Positions 1 through 8,103 of a stretch of 64,000 bases of DNA are shown in pieces (position 1 is the first letter of the stretch; each line of letters opens with the position of its first letter). Origin of the DNA: Eubacteriales bacterium. GTDB lineage: Bacteria > Bacillota > Clostridia > Oscillospirales > CAG-272. A program made the translations under genes and the position numbers. The notes beneath the pieces were generated by a model. The model saw only the letters and a list, made by a program, of their open reading frames with translations, did not search any database and was not told the origin of the DNA. The stretch spans positions 7,067 to 71,066 of the forward strand of contig JBBAEK010000001.1 in the NCBI GenBank assembly GCA_041655935.1, given 5' to 3'.

Positions 1-148
1 CCCTGACTGCTCGTGGTTGCCTTTTGAATCGGCAACCGCATAACAAAAGTGCCGTTGGCGCTCTCGCGCTTTGCTTGGGCGAGCGATCACGCATCTTTCC
101 TCTCTGCTCACGGAAAACCCGCTTGCGCCTGCTTGCGCTCGCTTGCGC

Positions 149-200
149 AAAAAACGCATCTTACATTTGGCCGGAAAGCCTCATGCGGATGCGTTTTTTT
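149..200. terminator. possible bidirectional hairpin terminator downstream of aspartate kinase
   Basis: AAAAAACGCATC (149-160) pairs with GATGCGTTTTTT (188-199), with an A-run and a T-run on the flanks. The loop is long (about 27 nt), so this is a weak call. Confidence 0.35.
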
Positions 201-307
201 AATTTTGCCGGTTGCTCACGTGGGTCGCCCTTGGTTGCCTGCGGTTTGCCGCCGCGCTTTGGCGCAGGGTGCCCTTCCCTGCCAGCTGTTCCTGCTCGCT
301 CGATACG

Positions 308-1621
308 CTATGAATGAAAGGCGTGATAAATGGCTCTGATGGCTTGCTCAAAGTCTTTTTCTTCCACACCAATCACAATATTCAGCTCGCTGGACCCTTG
401 GTCAATCATGCGGATGTTGATATCTGCCTCTGCCAGAGCGGTGAACACCTTGGCGGCAGTGCCTTTCGTCCGAATCATGCCGCGTCCGACCACCGCAATC
501 AATGCCAAGCCGTCCTCCACAATGATGGTATCGGGGTTGACGGTACGACAAAGTTCATTAAGGATGAATTCGCGGTTCTCCGCGACATCCTTTGTATGAA
601 CCACCACCGACATGGTATCAATGCCGGAGGGCAAATGCTCAAAGCCAATCCCCACCTTTTCAAACACTTCCAGCACACGCCTGCCAAAGCCAATCTCGGC
701 GTTCATCAGGTCCTTTTCAATGGCGAAGATCGAAAAGCCCTTTTTGCCCGCAATGCCTGTCACCACGCGAGTGTTGTCAATGTCGGCCTGGGCGACAATC
801 ATGCTGCCGGGGTCTTCGGGCGCGTTGGTGTTCTTGATATTGATCGGGATGCCGGAAAAACGCACAGGGAAAATGGAGTCTTCATGTAACACGGCGGCTC
901 CCATGTACGACAGCTCTCTCAGTTCCCGGTAGGTGATGGTGTCGATGGGCTGGGGATTGTCCACTATCCGCGGGTCAGCCATCATAAAGCCCGAAACATC
1001 GGTCCAGTTCTCATACAGGTCAGCCTCGGCGGCGCGGGCGACAATGGAGCCGGTAATATCCGAGCCGCCTCTCGCAAAGGTCTTGATGGTGCCGTTGGGC
1101 ATGGACCCGTAAAAGCCGGGGATCACCGCATGGGTATACTGCATCAGAGCTTTTGCCAGCAAGGCGTTGGTTGTCTCGTCGTCCAGCGTGCCGTTGTCGT
1201 TGAAAAGAATGTATTTTTCAGGGTCTAAAAATGTGAAGCCGAGATAGGCGGACAGAATGAGGCCGTTCAGGTATTCCCCGCGGCTGGCGACGTAATCCCG
1301 CCCGGCATGGTGCTGGATGGCGAGGCGAATGCGTTCAAATTCCCCTTTTAAATCCACGTCCAGCCCTAAATCCCGCACAATATCCGTGTAACGGGCGGTG
1401 ATTCTTTCGAATATCTCATGGATAGGCTGGTCATTTGACGCCGCCTGATAGCACTGATAGAGAAGGTCGGTGATTTTATCGTCACCTAAAAAGCGCTTGC
1501 CCGGGGCGGACGGCACCACATAGCGTCTGGCGGGGTCAGCTTTGATGATCTCCGCAACGCGCTGAAAATGGACAGCATCTGCCAAGGAACTTCCGCCGAA
1601 TTTCACTACTTTGATGGGCAT
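308..1621 (-). CDS. lysC: aspartate kinase (monofunctional, C-terminal ACT-type regulatory region)
   Basis: 437-aa ORF with N-terminus MPIKVVKFGGSSLADA (amino-acid-kinase KFGG motif) and GGSDITGS. The C-terminal repeats look like ACT domains. GAAGGAGA RBS lies before the ATG. Confidence 0.9.
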   Translation of the reverse strand: MPIKVVKFGGSSLADAVHFQRVAEIIKADPARRYVVPSAPGKRFLGDDKITDLLYQCYQAASNDQPIHEIFERITARYTDIVRDLGLDVDLKGEFERIRLAIQHHAGRDYVASRGEYLNGLILSAYLGFTFLDPEKYILFNDNGTLDDETTNALLAKALMQYTHAVIPGFYGSMPNGTIKTFARGGSDITGSIVARAAEADLYENWTDVSGFMMADPRIVDNPQPIDTITYRELRELSYMGAAVLHEDSIFPVRFSGIPINIKNTNAPEDPGSMIVAQADIDNTRVVTGIAGKKGFSIFAIEKDLMNAEIGFGRRVLEVFEKVGIGFEHLPSGIDTMSVVVHTKDVAENREFILNELCRTVNPDTIIVEDGLALIAVVGRGMIRTKGTAAKVFTALAEADINIRMIDQGSSELNIVIGVEEKDFEQAIRAIYHAFHS

Positions 1622-1651
1622 TGGGCCTCTCCTTCATTTGAAACAAATTTG

Positions 1652-1680
1652 AAAAAACCACGCTTTTGCGTGGTTTTTTG
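1652..1680 (-). terminator. rho-independent terminator after tRNA-Ser
   Basis: AACCACGC-tttt-GCGTGGTT hairpin flanked by an A-run and a T-run, between the tRNA 3' end and the lysC start. Confidence 0.7.
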
Positions 1681-1682
1681 GC

Positions 1683-1771
1683 GGAGAGAGAGAGATTCGA
1701 ACTCTCGGAACGGTATTAGCGTTCACACGATTTCCAGTCGTGCGCCTTAGACCAGCTCAGCCATCTCTCCA
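1683..1771 (-). tRNA. tRNA-Ser (anticodon GGA)
   Basis: The reverse complement folds as a cloverleaf: acceptor GGAGAGA/TCTCTCC, anticodon stem CACGA/TCGTG with loop CTGGAAA, long variable arm GAACG...CGTTC, T-arm GAGAG-TTCGAAT-CTCTC. CCA is not encoded. Confidence 0.9.
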
Positions 1772-1782
1772 CGACTTGCTCA

Positions 1783-1811
1783 TTATAGCATAGCAAGGCG
1801 GAAAATGCAAG
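1783..1811 (-). promoter_or_regulatory. sigmaA-type promoter for tRNA-Ser
   Basis: TTGCAT-17 nt-TATAAT read on the minus strand, ending about 11 nt before the tRNA 5' end. Confidence 0.6.
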
Positions 1812-1973
1812 AGTTTTATTGTGCTTTCTGCAATTTTTATCGCCAAACGGCGCCTTTACGGCATGCGTCAGCACCACCGGCAGGCGAAAAAATCGGGGCG
1901 GCGGATGCTTTCTCGGTGCCCCTTTGGCCCGCTTGGGTGCGGGTGATATAGCTGCCGATGCCGCGCTCACGCA

Positions 1974-2010
1974 AAGAACAATCTCCCGCCGGAGAGCGGG
2001 AGATTGTTTG
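1974..2010 (-). terminator. hairpin terminator after the Cys-rich gene
   Basis: AACAATCTCCCGC-cggaga-GCGGGAGATTGTT, followed on the minus strand by TCTTTG (short U-tract). Confidence 0.55.
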
Positions 2011-2016
2011 GGATGG

Positions 2017-2856
2017 TCAGCACCTGTTGCAGCCGCTTTCCCTTCCCTCCTTGCAGGGGAAGGCCGTCGGGTTGAATTCGTTGACGGGGAATGCCATGCT
2101 TCTGAAAAGGGCGCAGGGGTCCTCGTCATCGGAGGCGATGCATTCCTTGTCGGGCACGGAATAGTCGGTGGCGTTGATGAGCAGCTGGGCGGGTCTCTCC
2201 AGTCGGATCACCGAGAAGATACCCAAAGTCACAAGCAAGCGATTGTCATCGTCGTTATCCACGAAGTCATTGTCATTGAAAAGGTTGGCAACCGAGGGGG
2301 GGATATCGCAGCAATCGCAGCAGCAGATACACGCGCAATCGCAGTGGCAGCCGACAATTCTGGTGTTAAGAACGATGGGCTCGACCACCTCGCAAACACC
2401 AATCGGGCTGTTGTTGGAAAACTTATCGGGGCATCCGATTTCGCAGAAAGAATCGCTGTTGGTGCTGCGGAACACACTGACATTCCCAGTTCCGCCGAAC
2501 AGCACCACTTTCTTTTCAATCACAGCAAGACCTTCGATAATCTGGCTTCTGCCGCCGCCCACACAGGCCTCAATTTTCAGCTTCACATAAAACTTGAGCG
2601 TGAGCTGGAAAAATCCGCGGTTGAAGGGGATGGGGCTGACGCCGATGAATACCCAGATAATGTCTGCATCAATCGTGCGACAACTGGTTGCGCGGTCGAT
2701 GACTTCCTGGCCAAAACGATTGAGGAACACGCGAACATCCTGGTAGCAATCGCGATCTCTGCAGGAATCCAAGACGCGGAATGTGTCAATGACGACGGTG
2801 TCACCTTTGCCTGCGAGTATGTTTCCCTGTCCGCCTGAACATCTGTTATCAGACAT
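2017..2856 (-). CDS. cysteine-rich protein of unknown function (spore-coat/exosporium-type role is inference only)
   Basis: ORF 2017..2898 trimmed to the ATG at 2856 (MSDNRCSGG...), which has an AGGGAGAAAAATACA RBS. It contains GCHCDCACICCCDCCD plus about 15 further Cys, an acidic DNDFVDNDDDN tract and a C-terminal CKEGRESGCNRC. It has its own terminator and a sigmaK-like promoter. Confidence 0.6.
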   Translation of the reverse strand: MSDNRCSGGQGNILAGKGDTVVIDTFRVLDSCRDRDCYQDVRVFLNRFGQEVIDRATSCRTIDADIIWVFIGVSPIPFNRGFFQLTLKFYVKLKIEACVGGGRSQIIEGLAVIEKKVVLFGGTGNVSVFRSTNSDSFCEIGCPDKFSNNSPIGVCEVVEPIVLNTRIVGCHCDCACICCCDCCDIPPSVANLFNDNDFVDNDDDNRLLVTLGIFSVIRLERPAQLLINATDYSVPDKECIASDDEDPCALFRSMAFPVNEFNPTAFPCKEGRESGCNRC

Positions 2857-2880
2857 TGTATTTTTCTCCCTAAAAAGTAT

Positions 2881-2907
2881 TATCGAGATCGTAGGCAAAT
2901 CTCGATA
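2881..2907 (-). other. perfect 9-bp inverted repeat at the predicted 5' end of the Cys-rich gene transcript
   Basis: TATCGAGAT-9 nt-ATCTCGATA, between the -10 element and the RBS. It could be an operator or a 5' stabilising stem-loop. Confidence 0.3.
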
Positions 2908-2908
2908 G

Positions 2909-2936
2909 TATTGTATGCGTAGGGGGCGGATATGTG
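2909..2936 (-). promoter_or_regulatory. candidate sigmaK-type (late mother-cell) promoter
   Basis: The minus strand reads AC-16 nt-CATACAATA, which fits the Bacillus sigmaK consensus AC-N16/17-CATAnnnTA. The consensus is short, so this is only suggestive. Confidence 0.35.
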
Positions 2937-2975
2937 CATATCAGGCAAGGCCGCGCCGCATCGGCTATGCAACGA

Positions 2976-3013
2976 GAAAAAACTCCCCGGCACCGTGTTC
3001 GGTGCCGGGGAGT
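2976..3013 (-). terminator. rho-independent terminator after the small P-loop gene
   Basis: ACTCCCCGGCACC-gtgttc-GGTGCCGGGGAGT, followed on the minus strand by TTTTTTC. Confidence 0.8.
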
Positions 3014-3035
3014 TTGGGGAAAAGCGGGCGCTTAG

Positions 3036-3443
3036 TTAAGAATACTGACGGATATATTCGGGCAGAGTGGCGGGGTCGGCTGACAATGTCATGATACAAT
3101 TGAAGTGGTACTTTTCGCTGAGGGTGGCGACTTCCGGCAGAAATGTTTCGAGGGATGCCATGTCCTCGCCGCAGATTTTCAACAAAGAGTCCACAAAGAT
3201 ATCGGTGATGTCGTGGTCGCTGGCAGCAATACCTGCAATCAATCCATAGAGGGCTTGTGCATCGTTGATGTAATATTCCGCACTGTCAATCAGTCTTGCC
3301 TTGTATGTAATGTCAAAGTTCAGCTTTCTGCCCTTTTCAATACATACAACGGTGCCTTTTGATTGGTTGGCGCAAGCGTTCACAAGCTCAATCAGCTGCT
3401 TCGTTTTACCAGCACCTCGGACGCCGATAATCAGTTTTACCAT
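3036..3443 (-). CDS. small (135 aa) stand-alone P-loop NTPase, function unknown
   Basis: MVKLIIGVRGAGKTKQLIE carries a Walker A motif (GxxGxGKT), and DIFVDSL is a possible Walker B. GGAAGAAGGAAC RBS. No other recognisable domain. Confidence 0.6.
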   Translation of the reverse strand: MVKLIIGVRGAGKTKQLIELVNACANQSKGTVVCIEKGRKLNFDITYKARLIDSAEYYINDAQALYGLIAGIAASDHDITDIFVDSLLKICGEDMASLETFLPEVATLSEKYHFNCIMTLSADPATLPEYIRQYS

Positions 3444-3526
3444 GTTCCTTCTTCCTCTCCGCTATTATTTCGTTATGTCAACAAGCGAGTACCGGGTCTA
3501 TCGCTTGATGAAACCGTTTCAAGGAA

Positions 3527-4864
3527 CTACTGAATGCGCTCTAACAATGCCTCGCGTTTGGCTTCATATCCCTGCTTGCCAAGCAACGCAAACATATTGG
3601 TTTTATAGGAGTCCACCCCCGGCTGGTTGAAGGGATTGACACCCAGCAGGTAGCCGGAAAAGGCGCAGGCGATCTCGAAAAAGTAGACCAGGTACCCAAA
3701 GGCATGTGCGCTTCGTTCCGACACCTCCAGCACCAAATTGGGGACCCCTCCGTCCATGTGAGCAAAGAGTGTGCCGAGCATGGCCGTCTCGTTCACCTCA
3801 GAGAGTGTCTTGCCTGCCAGATAGTTCAGCCCTTCCTCGTCGTCTGTCGTTGCCTGCAGCCGCAGCACCCGGTCATTGTCCCTGATGTGCAACACGGTCT
3901 CAAATAAGATGGGCGCCCCCTCTTGGATATACTGTCCCAGCGAGTGCAGGTCGGTGGAAAAGATGACCGCATGAGGTAAAATGCCCTGACCGTCCTTCCC
4001 TTCACTTTCGCCAAACAGTTGCTTCCACCATTCGGTGAGCATCTGCAAATAGGGCTCATACCCTACCAGCATCTCCACTGCCCTGCCCTTTCGGTACAAG
4101 AGGTTGCGGAGGGCGGCGTAGCGCAGTGCGGTGTTGTGCCCTACGCCCGGCTGTAAGGAGGCCTCGCGGGCGGCGACGGCACCCGCCATCACCTCTACAA
4201 TGTCAATGCCCGCCACCGCCATGGGCAACAGGCCCACCGCCGTGAGGACCGAAAAGCGGCCGCCAATGTCATCGGGGATCACAAAAGTTTCGTACCCCTT
4301 CCGCTTCGCGGCTTCCCTGAGTGTGCCGTGGTGGCGGTCGGTGGTGGCAAAAATGCGCTCGGCGGCGCCCTTTGCGCCGTATTTATTCACCAGCCATTGT
4401 CTGAACAGGCGAAAAGCAATGGCTGTTTCGGTGGTCGTACCGGATTTGCTCACGACATTGATGCAAACATCATGTCCCTCACAAACGGAGAAAAGTTCTT
4501 GCAGCGCGGCAGTGCTGATATGGTTGCCCGCATAGTAGACAGACGGCGTATCTTTTTTCAGATCGTTGTAGAGCGGAGACCGCATAAATTCAATGGCCGC
4601 TCTGGTGCCCAGGTAGGACCCGCCAATGCCCAGCACCACAAAGATATCACAGGACTTTTGTATCTTTTCCGCTGCGGCTTGGATGCGGCGAAATTCCTCT
4701 TTGTCATATGCCACGGGCAAGTCAATCCACCCTAAAAACTCGTTGCCCGGACCATTGCGACGGCACACTGTCTCAAAGGCCCGGTCTGCTTCCCCGCTGA
4801 TGGCTTCCATGTCTGCAGCGGAAAGCAGACTTCCGAGGAATTTTTCATTTAGTTTTAATGTCAT
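3527..4864 (-). CDS. pgi: glucose-6-phosphate isomerase
   Basis: Firmicute-type Pgi of about 445 aa (GIGGSYLG, SKSGTTTET, GESEGK motifs). The start is set at MTLKLNEKF (ATG 4864). The upstream part of the tracked ORF runs through a TATAAT promoter, so it is rejected. The ATG at 4876 remains possible. Confidence 0.9.
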   Translation of the reverse strand: MTLKLNEKFLGSLLSAADMEAISGEADRAFETVCRRNGPGNEFLGWIDLPVAYDKEEFRRIQAAAEKIQKSCDIFVVLGIGGSYLGTRAAIEFMRSPLYNDLKKDTPSVYYAGNHISTAALQELFSVCEGHDVCINVVSKSGTTTETAIAFRLFRQWLVNKYGAKGAAERIFATTDRHHGTLREAAKRKGYETFVIPDDIGGRFSVLTAVGLLPMAVAGIDIVEVMAGAVAAREASLQPGVGHNTALRYAALRNLLYRKGRAVEMLVGYEPYLQMLTEWWKQLFGESEGKDGQGILPHAVIFSTDLHSLGQYIQEGAPILFETVLHIRDNDRVLRLQATTDDEEGLNYLAGKTLSEVNETAMLGTLFAHMDGGVPNLVLEVSERSAHAFGYLVYFFEIACAFSGYLLGVNPFNQPGVDSYKTNMFALLGKQGYEAKREALLERIQ

Positions 4865-4901
4865 CTGATTGAACATCTCCAATTTTAGCGTCTCTATTTT
4901 A

Positions 4902-4930
4902 ATTATACTATGGTTTTTTGTATTTTTCAA
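4902..4930 (-). promoter_or_regulatory. sigmaA-type promoter for pgi
   Basis: TTGAAA-17 nt-TATAAT on the minus strand, about 35 nt upstream of the chosen start. Confidence 0.55.
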
Positions 4931-5084
4931 GCACTTTCAGAAATTTATCGCCAGATGCCCTCACAAAAAGCGCGGCATCATCAGTTTGCCAAGCGGTGTT
5001 TGAGGCATAGACCCTGCCGCCGCTTCTTTGTCAGTATTGACCGGCGGGGTGAAAATTACCCGCCCGCCCGGCATTTCCGGAGCC

Positions 5085-6236
5085 TCAGTAGGACGGATGC
5101 AGGAAGCTTTGGAGCATCCTGCCGAACAGTTGCCAAAAGGAGATTTTCTCCACCGCCTCGCTTGACTGAATGTCGGCAATGCCGATGGTCTGCTCCCCGA
5201 TCCGATAGGTGATGGTGCCGACCTGTTCCCCTTTTTTGATGGGAGCGGCGGCATATTCGGGCAGGTTCACCAGCTTTGTCACGGTGTTTTTCTCGCTTTT
5301 TTTCACCAGCGCACAAAATCCGTCAAAGCCAACTTGACAGCGGTCCTGCAAGCCGCCTAGCACCCTGATCTCCCCCAGTTCGCCGCCCTCGTCGCGATAC
5401 AGGGCGTAATTGGCAAAGCCCCAGTCGAGCAGCTTTCTTGCCTCATTGTTGCGGATATCCCGCGAGGGGGATGCCATGATGACGGCAATCAGCGTCATCC
5501 CGTCCCGCTCGGCGGTGGCGCTGATACAAAACTTTGCCTTGGCGGTAGAGCCGGTTTTCAGCCCGTTCGCCCCCTCATAAAAGCGGACCAGGCGGTTGGT
5601 GTTGGTGAGAATAAAGGCGCCGTCCCGAATGGAGTCCATCCAAATGCAGCTGTACTGCAAAATCAAGGGGTGCGCAATCAACAGGCGGCTCATGACGGCA
5701 ATATCCATGGCGGAGGTCACATGGTTGGTGGTGGTGTCGTCCAGCCCGGTGACATTTTCAAAGTGCGTAGAGGTCATGCCGAGCGCTGCCGCGCGGGCAT
5801 TCATCTCCTCGACAAAGGCCTCCTCACTGCCGCTCACAAACTCCGCCAGCGCCACCGACGCATCATTGGCACTGGCAATGACCGCGCACTTGATGAGCTC
5901 CTCTACCGTGAAGAGCTCCCCGGCTTCCAGATACACCTGAGAGCCACCCATGGAAGCGGCATTTTCGCTAATCGACACATTGTCGGTGAGCGCCACCTTC
6001 CCCGCATCAATGGCCTCCATCACCAAGAGCAGTGTCATAATCTTGGTCACCGAGGCGGGCGGCAGTGCCTCGGCGGCATTTTGTTCAAACAGCACCGTGC
6101 CTGTTTCCTGTTCCATCAGCACGGCCGACACGGCATCCACAGTAAAGCCGGGCTGGGCGGAGACCGGTGCCGAAAATGCCGAAAAAGCCCACCAGCAAAA
6201 AACGGCACTGAGCAAAAGACTCAAACACTTTTTCAT
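5085..6236 (-). CDS. serine-type D-Ala-D-Ala carboxypeptidase (PBP5/DacB-like), secreted
   Basis: Signal peptide MKKCLSLLLSAVFCWWAFSAFSAPVSA, SVTKIM (SxxK) active-site motif, KTGST (KTG) motif, C-terminal PBP5-like domain. The ATG at 6236 has a GAGGTGA RBS. Confidence 0.85.
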   Translation of the reverse strand: MKKCLSLLLSAVFCWWAFSAFSAPVSAQPGFTVDAVSAVLMEQETGTVLFEQNAAEALPPASVTKIMTLLLVMEAIDAGKVALTDNVSISENAASMGGSQVYLEAGELFTVEELIKCAVIASANDASVALAEFVSGSEEAFVEEMNARAAALGMTSTHFENVTGLDDTTTNHVTSAMDIAVMSRLLIAHPLILQYSCIWMDSIRDGAFILTNTNRLVRFYEGANGLKTGSTAKAKFCISATAERDGMTLIAVIMASPSRDIRNNEARKLLDWGFANYALYRDEGGELGEIRVLGGLQDRCQVGFDGFCALVKKSEKNTVTKLVNLPEYAAAPIKKGEQVGTITYRIGEQTIGIADIQSSEAVEKISFWQLFGRMLQSFLHPSY

Positions 6237-6314
6237 CTCATCACCTCGCAATAGGATTCGTAACCACTATATTGAGGCGGCAGGGGAAATATGCATCAGA
6301 GGGATGTTCGGCAC

Positions 6315-6875
6315 TCAGGAGCGGTGGAATTCCTGTTCAAGAATGGCATAGGTGACAATGTCCTTGTACTCATTTTTCACAAACATCGATTGGCGCGCCG
6401 TGCCCTCCAATCTCATCTCGCACTTTCGCATCACGGCTGCCGACGGTTCGTTGCCCACCATATGCCGGGCTTCCACGCGGTGCAACGCCAGCTTTTCAAA
6501 ACCAAAGGACAAGGCCGCTCGCAACGCCTCGGTGGCATACCCGCGGTTCCAGTACGCGGGGTTGATTACATAGCCCACCTCTGCCTTTTTGTTCGGCAAA
6601 TCAAAGCACACAAAGCCGCAGGTGCCAATCAGCTTTCCGCTCTCCTGCAACACCACTCCCCAGTCGAAAAACTCGCCGCAGGCATACTTGCCCGACACAT
6701 AGGAGAGGTACTGCCTGGTGTGGTCCAAGGAGGGGTGTACATCCCAGAGCAGGTATTTGGTGGTGAGCGGCTGGCTGGCGTATTCATATATATCCCGGCT
6801 GTCCCTGACCGATAATTTGCGTAGCTCCAGGCGCGGTGTATAGATGCTGGGAATGTGAGAGAAAATTTTGAGCAT
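6315..6875 (-). CDS. GNAT-family N-acetyltransferase (RimJ/RimL-like)
   Basis: RLELRKLSVRD..., NRGYATEALRA (acetyl-CoA binding region), RHMVGNEPSAAVMRKCEM. The start is set at MLKIFSH (ATG 6875). Confidence 0.75.
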   Translation of the reverse strand: MLKIFSHIPSIYTPRLELRKLSVRDSRDIYEYASQPLTTKYLLWDVHPSLDHTRQYLSYVSGKYACGEFFDWGVVLQESGKLIGTCGFVCFDLPNKKAEVGYVINPAYWNRGYATEALRAALSFGFEKLALHRVEARHMVGNEPSAAVMRKCEMRLEGTARQSMFVKNEYKDIVTYAILEQEFHRS

Positions 6876-7028
6876 ACAGTCGCCTTTCGTCAAGTCATTT
6901 ACTATGAGCATTATAACACAAGTATAGCACAAGTGCGGTTGTTTTTTGTTACATTTTTGTGCGCTGTCTTGCTATTTTTCCTGAGCCGTGGTACAATTAG
7001 TCAACACCAATACAAAGGGGACATTGTT

Positions 7029-8015
7029 TTGAACGAGCTGGAGCCGAAAAAACAGTTTAATCTTTTTTCCTTTCACCGGGACGGCAAGGGCGTCAACCCG
7101 GAAGATGTGGTCACGGACACCAACCTGAAGGGGTTCTTTTACCGCTATCGCACCTCCTTCGGTAAACTGCTGTCGGTCAATATCATCATGGTGCTGGGCA
7201 ACATTTTCCTGCTCTTTTTAGTGCTTACGCTGGCTGGGTATACCAAGGTCCCCTTCCTGCGGCCGCTGTATGACGTCTACGGCATCCAACACAGCATGTC
7301 CCTGCTCTCCCCGCCCACCGCCGCCGACCTGGCACTGGGCGCGCTGAACGGCGCCTTGGTCAATGACATGGCAAACACTCCGCTGACCTATGTATTTTAC
7401 GCCTTGTCCGCCCTCACCCTGTTCACTTTCGGGCTGGTCAATGCGGGCTGCGCCTACCTGCTGCGCAACATCGCCACCGGCGAGCCGGTGTTTCCTGTCT
7501 CGGATTTTTTCTATGCGGTGAAGCGGAACTGGAAGCAAGCCCTGCCGCTCGGCATACTGGACCTGGCGATCCTCTGCCTGATTCCCTATAACCTCTACAC
7601 CACCTTCCTGCACATGGGCGGCTTCTTTCAAAACATGCTGTTTTGGCTGATGGTGGTCATCGCGCTGGTGTATTTCTTCATGCGTTTTTATCTCTACCTG
7701 CAAATGGTCACTTTTGACCTGACATGGACCAAAATCCTCAAAAACTCGCTGATCTTCTCAATCCTCGGCGCCAAGCGCAACCTGCTCGCATTCATCGGTA
7801 TCCTGTTATTAGTTGCGCTCAATTTTCTGTTTTTGTTTGGCCTTGGGGGATTGCTGCTGCCCTTGGCAGTCGCCTTTCCGCTGCTCTTTTTGTTCTCACA
7901 CGCGTCCTTTATGTCTACCTATGCGGCGTACTATAAGATCAAGGAGTTCATGATCGACGAGTCGCCCGTTGAGCCGCCCCCGATCGACGAGACGGAGCCT
8001 GCTCAGGAGTCCTAA
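7029..8015 (+). CDS. polytopic membrane protein (YesL/DUF624-like by recollection)
   Basis: Multiple hydrophobic helices. The start is chosen at TTG 7029, preceded by AGGGGA. The tracked ORF start at 6855 overlaps the divergent GNAT gene. The family assignment is tentative. Confidence 0.5.
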   Translation: MNELEPKKQFNLFSFHRDGKGVNPEDVVTDTNLKGFFYRYRTSFGKLLSVNIIMVLGNIFLLFLVLTLAGYTKVPFLRPLYDVYGIQHSMSLLSPPTAADLALGALNGALVNDMANTPLTYVFYALSALTLFTFGLVNAGCAYLLRNIATGEPVFPVSDFFYAVKRNWKQALPLGILDLAILCLIPYNLYTTFLHMGGFFQNMLFWLMVVIALVYFFMRFYLYLQMVTFDLTWTKILKNSLIFSILGAKRNLLAFIGILLLVALNFLFLFGLGGLLLPLAVAFPLLFLFSHASFMSTYAAYYKIKEFMIDESPVEPPPIDETEPAQES

Positions 8016-8041
8016 CGCACACTTTCACATGAAAAACCATC

Positions 8042-8068
8042 AAAAAAGCGGGGCAGACCCGCTTTTTT
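8042..8068. terminator. bidirectional terminator between convergent genes
   Basis: AAAAAA-GCGGG-gcaga-CCCGC-TTTTTT. Confidence 0.75.
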
Positions 8069-8103
8069 GATGTCTCTGCTCCCCGACAGGGCTGCCCGCC
8101 TCC

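Noticed and set aside
1622-1682. Lysine (L-box) riboswitch upstream of aspartate kinase
   Set aside because: Only about 60 nt separate lysC from the tRNA, and that space is occupied by a terminator hairpin. There is no room for an L-box of about 180 nt.
1819-2838. 339-aa plus-strand ORF opposite the Cys-rich gene
   Set aside because: It runs through the terminator hairpin at 1974-2010 and has no RBS. Its composition is Ala/Gly/Asp/Val-rich, typical of an antisense shadow. The minus-strand frame has an RBS, a promoter-like element and a terminator.
1683-3443. Genomic island integrated at tRNA-Ser (Cys-rich gene plus small ATPase)
   Set aside because: There is no integrase, no transposase and no direct repeat of the tRNA 3' end. 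These genes also lie on the 5' (promoter) side of the tRNA, not at its 3' end where islands normally insert.
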